Assembly: GCA_035527275.1 (NCBI GenBank)
Contig: DATLBA010000122.1
Span: 19,764 to 83,763, forward strand
DNA length: 64,000 nucleotides
Reading direction: 5' to 3'
DNA from: Phycisphaerae bacterium
Lineage (GTDB): Bacteria; Planctomycetota; Phycisphaerae; FEN-1346
Positions within the stretch are counted from its first letter, which is position 1. Each line of letters starts with the position of its first letter. The notes under the pieces are model-generated. The model was not told where the DNA came from and did not search any database. It saw only the letters and a program-made list of their open reading frames with translations. This document shows, in pieces, positions 57,214 to 64,000 of this stretch. The translations under genes and the position numbers were made by a program.

Positions 57214-58326
57214 ATGGAAGCGAACCGTTCAACCGGACAGCCGGGCACTACGCCGGACCGACGGCAGGTCTGGCTGCCGCTGATCTCGGGCGAGCAGCGC
57301 GGTCTGGGAGCCGCCCTCGCCCGTTTCGGACTCTGGCTCATGGCGGGGCTGTATCACGCCGGGCTGTTCCTGCGCAATCTACGCTTTCGCTTGCCCGGTG
57401 CCGTCAGGCGCATCGGTCGCCCCGTCATCAGCGTCGGCAACCTGACGGTTGGCGGAACGGGCAAGACGCCGATGGCGGCCTATCTGGCCCGACTTGCCGC
57501 TAAGATGGGCGGGCGGCCGCTTGTTATTAGCCGCGGGTATGCCTCGGCCGCCGGTGAAGCCAATGAAGAAACCCGAGAACTGGCGCGGCTTTGTCCGGAC
57601 ATCCCCTGCGTTCAGAACCAGGACCGATGGCAGGCGATTCACGACTGGATGTGGCGAAACCCGTGCGACGTCGCCATTCTCGACGACGGCTTCCAGCACC
57701 GCCGTCTCGCCCGCGACCTCGACATCGTCCTGGTCGATGCGAGCCTGCCGTTCGGATACGGCCACGTCCTGCCGCGAGGGCTCCTGCGGGAACCGCCCTC
57801 GGCATTGCGCCGCGCCGACCTCGTTGTCATTACCCGTGCCGAACTGGTCGAGGCGGACGCCCTCGCCGCTCTCAAAGAAGATCTTGCGCGCCGAACCCGG
57901 CCCGGCGTGCCGATCCTCGTTGCGGAGCATCGGCCGCAGGAACTTATCGCCCTTGACGGCTCGAGCCAGGACCTGAGTCGGCTTCGCGGTCAGGACGTGG
58001 CGGCGGCGTGCGGCATCGGGAATCCGGACGCCTTCCGCAGGACGCTTGAAGCCCTAGGCGCGCGGGTCGCCCTGTGGGAAACGTATCCTGACCACTATCC
58101 ATACACCGTGGAGGAAATCGAGCGGCTGCTGCGGGCGGCACACTCTGCCGGACTGAAGATGCTTGTGACGAGCGGGAAGGATTATGTAAAATGGAAGCCG
58201 CTACTGGGGGGCAGGAAGGGGTCGGGGTCGGCGCCGGTCGAGGTCGTCGCACTGACCGTCGGAATCGAGATCGTCGAGGGGGCTGACGTCCTGGCCCGCC
58301 GGGTCCGTTCTCTGCTTCCTGGCTGA
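57214..58326 (+). CDS. lpxK: tetraacyldisaccharide 4'-kinase
   Basis: PVISVGNLTVGGTGKTP P-loop and overall LpxK architecture. Confidence 0.7.
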   Translation: MEANRSTGQPGTTPDRRQVWLPLISGEQRGLGAALARFGLWLMAGLYHAGLFLRNLRFRLPGAVRRIGRPVISVGNLTVGGTGKTPMAAYLARLAAKMGGRPLVISRGYASAAGEANEETRELARLCPDIPCVQNQDRWQAIHDWMWRNPCDVAILDDGFQHRRLARDLDIVLVDASLPFGYGHVLPRGLLREPPSALRRADLVVITRAELVEADALAALKEDLARRTRPGVPILVAEHRPQELIALDGSSQDLSRLRGQDVAAACGIGNPDAFRRTLEALGARVALWETYPDHYPYTVEEIERLLRAAHSAGLKMLVTSGKDYVKWKPLLGGRKGSGSAPVEVVALTVGIEIVEGADVLARRVRSLLPG

Positions 58327-58331
58327 CCCGA

Positions 58332-59324
58332 ATGGGCCTGACCAGGACGTTTGTCCGGCTCGGGAAACCGCCGATGCGCCAGCGAAAAACCTATCAGCCT
58401 GTTGACCTGTCGGCACTGGAGTTTCTTCCCATTTCCGATCGCGCCCACAAGGTCCATCTGGACGACCTTGCCGCCCCGGCGGGGCCGGAGGCCGGCCTGG
58501 CCGACTTCTTCGACTCGCTGCCCACGACGCCCGTCACGGAGAACTTGCGCGGCCTGGCCAAAGCCATCGCCCATGCCGCGCGGAACGATTCCCCGGTCGC
58601 AATCGCCTTCGGCGGCCACGTCATCAAGTGTGGCCTCGGCCCGGTCATCATCGACCTGATGGAGCGAGGCGTCGTGACGGTAGTGGCAACGCACGGGGCC
58701 GGGGCGATTCACGACCTGGAACTCGCCTTCCACGGCGCCACCAGCGAGGATCCCGCCAAAACGATGCGCGACGGCCGCTTCGGTATGGTCGAGGAGACGC
58801 CGGGCTATCTAAACGATGCGGCTCGGCTCGGCCGGCATCGCGGCTTTGGCCAGGCCATCGGCGACCTCATTAACGAAGCCGGTGAAGAGTTTCCTTACGC
58901 CGACAAGAGCGTCCTCGCCGCGGCCAGCCGCCTTGACTGCCTGGCCACGGTGCACGTGGCCGTCGGGTCCGATACCGTCCATATGCATCCGGAGGCCGAC
59001 GGCGCGGCAATCGGCGAGGCGTCGCTCTTGGATTTTCGCAAACTGTGCGCCGCCGTCGCGGACATGGCCGAAGGCGTCTGGATGAACGTCGGCTCCGCCG
59101 TCCTCCTTCCCGAGGTTTTCATGAAAGCGTACACTGTTGCGGCCAACCTGGGGGCGAAACTGGACAAGATGGTGACGGCCAACTTCGACCAGATTCAACA
59201 CTATCGCCCGCACCAGAACGTCTTGACGCGGCCGACGAGTCGCGGCTATGGGCTGACGGGACACCACGAGATCATGCTGCCGTTGCTTCGACACCTGATC
59301 CTGCTCGAACTTGGAGACCTGTAG
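58332..59324 (+). CDS. deoxyhypusine synthase-like family protein
   Basis: VTVVATHGAGAIHDLELAF resembles the DHS motif VDVIVTTAGGVEEDLIKCL. The call is weak. Confidence 0.35.
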   Translation: MGLTRTFVRLGKPPMRQRKTYQPVDLSALEFLPISDRAHKVHLDDLAAPAGPEAGLADFFDSLPTTPVTENLRGLAKAIAHAARNDSPVAIAFGGHVIKCGLGPVIIDLMERGVVTVVATHGAGAIHDLELAFHGATSEDPAKTMRDGRFGMVEETPGYLNDAARLGRHRGFGQAIGDLINEAGEEFPYADKSVLAAASRLDCLATVHVAVGSDTVHMHPEADGAAIGEASLLDFRKLCAAVADMAEGVWMNVGSAVLLPEVFMKAYTVAANLGAKLDKMVTANFDQIQHYRPHQNVLTRPTSRGYGLTGHHEIMLPLLRHLILLELGDL

Positions 59325-59334
59325 GAGCGGCTGC

Positions 59335-60876
59335 GTGTATCGCCACCTGATTAATCTGATTGACGGACTGGGCGAGCCGCGCATCGCGGTGGTCGGCGAT
59401 TTGATGCTCGACCGGTACGTTTACGGCGACGCGGAGCGCATCAGTCCCGAGGCCCCCATTCAGGTCCTGCGGGCTGCCGGAGAGGAAAACCGCCTCGGCG
59501 GCGCGGGCTCAGTCGTCAGCAACCTCCGCGCCCTGGGGGCCGACGTCGCCGTCTTCGGCGTGGTCGGCCGCGATGAGAACGGCCGGCAGGTGACCGACGC
59601 CCTGAAGGCCGCCGGCGCGAAGACGGGCGGTGTGCTCCGTCTGCCGGTCCGCCCAACGACCGTCAAGACGCGCTTCGTGGGCCGGGCCCAGCACCGCATC
59701 CCGCAGCAGGTGCTGCGTGTGGACTGGGAGGACACGAGGCCACTCCCGCGCAAGGCCGAGGACAGACTGATCGCCAAAATTGAGCGGAACCTTGGCCGAA
59801 CAGATGCCATCGTGCTGAGCGACTACGACAAAGGCGTTCTCACGCCGCGCGTGGCCCGGGCGGTCATCCGGCTGGCGCGGCGCGGTCGCGTGCCGGTTCT
59901 CGTGGATCCGCTCCGCGCGAAGGACTATTCGAAATACCGCGGGGCGACCCTTCTGACGCCCAACCGTGTGGAAACCGAAACGGCCCTGGAGGTGCGCCTG
60001 ACCGGCGCCGATGCCTTGCGCCGGGCCGCCCAACGCCTGGTCAAGGAACTGAATCTGGCCGCGCTGGTGGTGACGCTCGACAAGGAGGGTGCCTACCTGG
60101 CGGTCAAGGGCAAGTCCGGCCGGATGGTTCCGACCCGTCCCCGGCCCGTCTATGACAACGCCGGCGCGGGCGACATGGTCATTGCGGTGGTCGCGCTGGT
60201 GGTGGCGTCGGGCGGTTCATTTTTGGACGCGGTGCGGCTGGCGAACGTGGCCGCAGGCCTCGAGGTCCAGAAGTTCGGCGTCCAGACGGTCTTGCGCGAG
60301 GAGGTTACCGCGGAACTGCTTGATGAAGCCCGGCGCAGCGGCGACAAACTCCGCACTCTCGATAATCTCCTCGTGGACCTCAATCGCCACCGCGCTCGCG
60401 GCGAGGCGGTCGTCTTCACGAATGGGTGTTTCGACCTCGTGCACGCCGGCCACATCGCGTTTCTCGAATTTGCCGCCCGCCAGGGCGAGGTCCTCGTCGT
60501 CGGCCTTAACTCCGACCGAAGCGTCCGGGCAATCAAAGAGGCGGGGAGGCCGGTGTGCCCGCAAGAGCAGCGCGTACGCGTCCTTGCGGCCCTTGAAGCC
60601 GTCGATTACATTGTTATTTTCGACGAGGACACGCCGGCGGAACTGATCAGGACCGTTCGGCCCGATGTCCTCGTCAAAGGCGAAGACTGGTGCGAGAAAG
60701 GCGTCGTCGGCCAAACGTTCGTCGAGTCCGACGGCGGGCGCGTCGTTCTAGCGCCGCTTGTCAAAGGAATCAGCACCAGCGGGATCGTGGAGCAAATCCG
60801 CGGCGCGGATTGCAAAAAGAGGCATTCGCACCGGAAAGGCTCAGCCCGACCGCCGCAGAAGGGAGGCGCGCCGTGA
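59335..60876 (+). CDS. hldE: bifunctional D-glycero-beta-D-manno-heptose-7-phosphate kinase / heptose-1-phosphate adenylyltransferase
   Basis: N-terminal ribokinase-like domain. C-terminal cytidylyltransferase domain with FTNGCFDLVHAGH. GTG after AGGAGCGG. Confidence 0.8.
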   Translation: MYRHLINLIDGLGEPRIAVVGDLMLDRYVYGDAERISPEAPIQVLRAAGEENRLGGAGSVVSNLRALGADVAVFGVVGRDENGRQVTDALKAAGAKTGGVLRLPVRPTTVKTRFVGRAQHRIPQQVLRVDWEDTRPLPRKAEDRLIAKIERNLGRTDAIVLSDYDKGVLTPRVARAVIRLARRGRVPVLVDPLRAKDYSKYRGATLLTPNRVETETALEVRLTGADALRRAAQRLVKELNLAALVVTLDKEGAYLAVKGKSGRMVPTRPRPVYDNAGAGDMVIAVVALVVASGGSFLDAVRLANVAAGLEVQKFGVQTVLREEVTAELLDEARRSGDKLRTLDNLLVDLNRHRARGEAVVFTNGCFDLVHAGHIAFLEFAARQGEVLVVGLNSDRSVRAIKEAGRPVCPQEQRVRVLAALEAVDYIVIFDEDTPAELIRTVRPDVLVKGEDWCEKGVVGQTFVESDGGRVVLAPLVKGISTSGIVEQIRGADCKKRHSHRKGSARPPQKGGAP

Positions 60877-61466
60877 TCGAACGCATCAAACGCCGTCTCC
60901 AGGAAGCCGCCGACCTCTACCGCCAGATGGCCGAGCAACTGGCCAAACCGACCGCACAGGCGGCTGAGGTGCTCATTGCTGCGCTTCGCGAGGGGCACAC
61001 GATTTACGTCTGCGGTGACGGCGGCAGCGCCGCCCAGGCCCAGCACGTCGCCGGTGAACTGGTCGGGCGGTTCATGGCCGATCGCCCTGCCCTGCCGTGC
61101 GTCGCCCTGACGACGGACACGAGCGTCCTCACGGCCGTGGCGAACGATTACAGTTTTGAGCAGGTCTTCGAGCGGCAGGTCGAAGCGCTCGTCAGGGAAG
61201 GCGACGTGCTGCTCCTCCTGTCCACGAGCGGCTCAAGCGCCAACGTCCTGAAGGCCGCCACGCGAGCGCGCAAGAAGGGCGCCAAGACCATCGGCCTGGT
61301 CGGCCAGAGCGGCGGCAGGCTGAAGGAACTTTGCGACCTCAGCCTTTCCGTGCCCGCCGAGACCGGCCCCCTGATTCAGGAGGGACACTTGGTGCTTCTT
61401 CACATTCTGTGCGGACTCATCGAACAGGCCCTGTTCACGCGCGACGGGGCGGAAAGTAAGGAATAA
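60873..61466 (+). CDS. gmhA: phosphoheptose isomerase (SIS domain)
   Basis: IYVCGDGGSAAQAQH...LLLLSTSGSSANVLKA... SIS-domain motifs. GTGA overlap with RBS GAAGGGAGG. Confidence 0.75.
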   Translation: MIERIKRRLQEAADLYRQMAEQLAKPTAQAAEVLIAALREGHTIYVCGDGGSAAQAQHVAGELVGRFMADRPALPCVALTTDTSVLTAVANDYSFEQVFERQVEALVREGDVLLLLSTSGSSANVLKAATRARKKGAKTIGLVGQSGGRLKELCDLSLSVPAETGPLIQEGHLVLLHILCGLIEQALFTRDGAESKE

Positions 61467-61472
61467 ACCGAC

Positions 61473-62639
61473 GTGGGACAGGCAGCCGTTTTTCTCGACC
61501 GGGACGGTGTGTTGATTGAAGAGGTGGGCTACCCGACCCGACCGGAGCACATCCGCATTCTGGGCGGCGTCGCACGGGCGCTGGCGCGGCTCGCCCAGGC
61601 AGGGTTCAAACAGGTCGTCGTGACCAACCAGTCGGCTATCGCCCGCGGCCTGATGACCGAAGAGGACCTCGACCGCTTCCACGAGGCGCTTGACGAGCAA
61701 CTGGACCTCCTTGGGGTCGGCGTGGATGCGTACTACGCATGCCCGCACCACCCGGACCCTTCAGAGGCCGCGCGGCAGGACCTCGCCGTGGAGTGCGAAT
61801 GTCGAAAGCCCAAACCGGGGCTCATTCTTCAGGCCGCCGAGGACCTGGAGATAGACCTCGACGCCTCCTGGCTGGTCGGTGACACGTGGCGCGACATCCA
61901 GGCGGGTCAGGCGGCGGGGCTGCGAACCATCAAACTGCCGGCCGCCCCCGGCCACGACGCGCTGCGCCCTCCCGAAGTCGCACCGCTAACGGCCGAAGCC
62001 GCCGACCTCAACAAGGCCGTGGATATTATCCTCGGGGAGGCGGAACCGGTTGCAGAGGAGCCCGCCACGTTTACCCGCCGCGCTTGCCCGCCGTGGCGGG
62101 GTGGGGCGGGCGAGCCCGCTGGGGCAAAGCCGGCTGACGCGGTGCCGCCACCCGAGCCCCCGCCGGCGCCGAGCCCTGAACCCATCTCCGCCGAATCGAA
62201 GGAGCCGAGTATACCTCAGGCTCAACCTGAAGTTGCCGAACAAGAGCCACTCGAAGATCGGCCACCTGTGAAGACATGCGCTCGCTGCGGTCAGGTGATC
62301 CCGCCTGCCGCGCTGGAGGCCGGAACGGCCGGTTCCCACGACGGCCTCTTCTTGTGTTCCGAGTGTTTTTCGAGGCAGCCGCGCGAAAAGGTGCAGCACT
62401 TCCCGCAAGACACGACGGCACTTCTTCGGGCCGTTTTGACGGAACTTCGCCGCATCGGCCGCGCCCAGGAATCGGCCAGTCTGTCTGCCGTTCGGCTGTT
62501 TGCCTATGTCCTTCAGGCGGCGGCGCTCTTTGTCGGCGTCTGGGGTCTGGTGGGCAGCGAGCGGGCGGTGATGCTTCCGGTCGCCATTTTCCTGCAGTTA
62601 CTGGTCGTCACGCTTCTCGTGATTGAGAGGCAGCCATGA
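61473..62639 (+). CDS. gmhB: D-glycero-D-manno-heptose 1,7-bisphosphate phosphatase (HAD) with a C-terminal Pro-rich linker, CxxC...CxxC zinc-ribbon and TM extension
   Basis: FLDRDGVL, VVTNQS, CxCRKPKPG and GDTWRD motifs in the first 190 aa or so. The C-terminus carries CARCGQ...CSECF and a hydrophobic tail. Confidence 0.65.
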   Translation: MGQAAVFLDRDGVLIEEVGYPTRPEHIRILGGVARALARLAQAGFKQVVVTNQSAIARGLMTEEDLDRFHEALDEQLDLLGVGVDAYYACPHHPDPSEAARQDLAVECECRKPKPGLILQAAEDLEIDLDASWLVGDTWRDIQAGQAAGLRTIKLPAAPGHDALRPPEVAPLTAEAADLNKAVDIILGEAEPVAEEPATFTRRACPPWRGGAGEPAGAKPADAVPPPEPPPAPSPEPISAESKEPSIPQAQPEVAEQEPLEDRPPVKTCARCGQVIPPAALEAGTAGSHDGLFLCSECFSRQPREKVQHFPQDTTALLRAVLTELRRIGRAQESASLSAVRLFAYVLQAAALFVGVWGLVGSERAVMLPVAIFLQLLVVTLLVIERQP

Positions 62640-63658
62640 GGCTGGCTGTGGCATTGCCGAGTTGGGTCGGCGATGCCGTCATGGCCACGCCGGTGCTCCG
62701 CGCGCTTCGGACGCGTTTTCCCGACGCCCGCATCGTGGCGGTGGTGCGCCCCTACGTGCGGCCGGTGATGGACCCCAACCCCTGGACGGATGCGTTCATC
62801 GAAGCCGACAAGTCGGCCGTTGAATTTCTTCGTGCAGCGTCGCGCCTTCGGAAGGAGGTGATTGACGTCGGCGTCCTCCTGCCGAACAGTTTCCGAAGTG
62901 CCCTGCTCTTCCGCCTGGCTGGCGTCAAGCGGCGTATCGGGTACGATCGGGGCGGCCGCGGGGCCTTGCTCACCGACCGCATTCAACCCGAGAAGAGAGG
63001 CGGCCGCTTCGTCCCCACGCCGCAGATTGCGTACTACTTGAGACTTGCCGAGGTCCTCGGCGCTCCCACAGGCGACCTCCGCATGGAACTTTTCCCGACG
63101 GAAGCGGACGAAGCCGCAGCGGAAGCGGCCTACCGCGCGGCCGGCCTTACGCCGGAGCGAACGCTTCTTTTGTGCCCGGGTGCGGCATTCGGGCCGTCGA
63201 AACGCTGGCCGCCGGTTCACTGGGGGACGCTTGTCCGAGAGGCGCGGGCAAAGTTCGGTCTGGATTCCGCCATTTTGTGCGCGCCGTCCGACGCCGACCT
63301 CGCAACGACCATTATCGAGTCGGCTGGCGGACGCTGCGCGACATTCCATGATAAGGGCATCAATCTGGCTTCCGCGCGGGCCGTCGTCCGGCGCGCCCGG
63401 GCGATGGTCGCCATCGACAGCGGCCTCAGGCATTATGCGGCGGCCCTGGGGCGGCCCGTCGTGTCCCTCTTCGGGCCCACGGACGTTCGCTGGACGGAAA
63501 CCTGGTACGAGAAGGAGGTCCGCCTTCAGTCCGTCCCGCCTTGCGGGCCTTGCCAAAGGCCAACGTGTCCTGTAGGAACGACCGAATGTATGTGGAAGAT
63601 TGAGCCGGAGGAAGTGCTTGATGCGCTCACCGAGGCACTCGAGCGGGACCGTGCATAG
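62636..63658 (+). CDS. ADP-heptose:LPS heptosyltransferase (glycosyltransferase family 9)
   Basis: LPSWVGDAVMATPVLRAL N-terminus. A GT9 fold pattern and the heptose-operon context. ATGA overlap. Confidence 0.7.
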   Translation: MRLAVALPSWVGDAVMATPVLRALRTRFPDARIVAVVRPYVRPVMDPNPWTDAFIEADKSAVEFLRAASRLRKEVIDVGVLLPNSFRSALLFRLAGVKRRIGYDRGGRGALLTDRIQPEKRGGRFVPTPQIAYYLRLAEVLGAPTGDLRMELFPTEADEAAAEAAYRAAGLTPERTLLLCPGAAFGPSKRWPPVHWGTLVREARAKFGLDSAILCAPSDADLATTIIESAGGRCATFHDKGINLASARAVVRRARAMVAIDSGLRHYAAALGRPVVSLFGPTDVRWTETWYEKEVRLQSVPPCGPCQRPTCPVGTTECMWKIEPEEVLDALTEALERDRA

Positions 63659-63672
63659 AGGGTGGTTTAGGG

Positions 63673-64000
63673 ATGCTGGATCGCGATGAACTGGAGGCCA
63701 TTCGCGACGGACGGCTGACGCCCGAGGACCTCGCATCCATCGTGATTCCCCACTACCAGACGGAGGAGTTGATGCGCCTGTGCCTGCGCGCTATCCGGCG
63801 TCTGACGGCCCATCCGTTCGAGGCCATCGTGGTGGATAACAACTCTGGGGACGGGTCGCTGAATTATTTGCGCCGGGTGGGCTGGATCCGGCTCATTGAG
63901 CGCGGGGGCGAGGCGGAAACCGACGTCGTGCGCGCCCACGCGAGCGCGATGGACGCGGGGCTGCGGGCCGCGCGCGGACGCTGGCTCGTCAGCCTCCACA
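63673..64000 (+). CDS. glycosyltransferase family 2 protein (partial, 3' end beyond the window)
   Basis: SIVIPHYQTEELMRLCLRAIRRLTAHPFEAIVVDNNSGDGS is a GT2 N-terminus. No stop occurs within the window. Confidence 0.45.
   Translation, partial: MLDRDELEAIRDGRLTPEDLASIVIPHYQTEELMRLCLRAIRRLTAHPFEAIVVDNNSGDGSLNYLRRVGWIRLIERGGEAETDVVRAHASAMDAGLRAARGRWLVSLH

Noticed and set aside
1-64000. CRISPR array
   Set aside because: No regularly spaced short direct repeats with unique spacers are visible. The only tandem repeats are protein-coding.

Overview
This 64-kb, high-GC (about 65-70%) bacterial chromosomal window splits into two halves. Positions 1 to about 36,400 are the right-hand 36 kb of a siphovirus-like prophage. 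All phage genes are on the + strand and no integrase or repressor is seen, so the lysogeny end probably lies upstream of the window. Gene order is: an early/replication region (ParB-like nuclease-domain proteins, a peptidoglycan amidase, an embedded initiator-like tRNA-Met, a DUF1064 nuclease, ParB, Dam methylase, an HTH initiator-like gene with internal iterons, a radical-SAM-like protein, a clamp-like protein, DUF3820, DUF4031, Gp37/Gp68, ParB-methyltransferase); then packaging (small and large terminase); then a lambda-like head module (gpW, portal, protease/scaffold, major capsid); head-tail joining genes; an inserted cassette (LamG lectin-like protein, beta-helix tailspike, a large GT-GT-methyltransferase protein, a second methyltransferase); then the tail module (major tail protein, chaperone with possible G/T frameshift, tape measure, distal tail protein, repeat-rich tail fiber). 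The prophage ends near 36.4 kb at a convergent lipoprotein gene that shares a 64-bp identical inverted repeat with the tail-fiber gene. From about 36.5 kb the host chromosome follows: a small membrane protein and a DUF1508 protein, an FHA-domain protein, a type IV pilus cluster (pilM, pilN, pilO, a PilP-like gene, pilB, pilT, pilC, three pilin-like genes), the thrS-infC-rpmI-rplT-pheS block on the minus strand, a SAM-dependent methyltransferase, a secreted hypothetical protein, a HAD hydrolase, an isocitrate/isopropylmalate-dehydrogenase-family gene, lpxK, a deoxyhypusine-synthase-like gene, and an ADP-heptose/LPS-core set (hldE, gmhA, gmhB with a C-terminal extension, a GT9 heptosyltransferase, a partial GT2). 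The most unusual signals are: the convergent tail-fiber/lipoprotein 3'-end exchange architecture; an initiator-type tRNA lying in frame inside a lipoprotein-signal plus amidase ORF; a 39-bp inverted repeat pair 10.3 kb apart; a 32-nt hairpin element repeated immediately upstream of two tail genes; iterons inside the initiator-like gene; and the glycosyl/methyl-transferase cassette inside the virion gene cluster. Every functional call rests on motif and domain recognition by eye, with no database search, so confidences are moderate.
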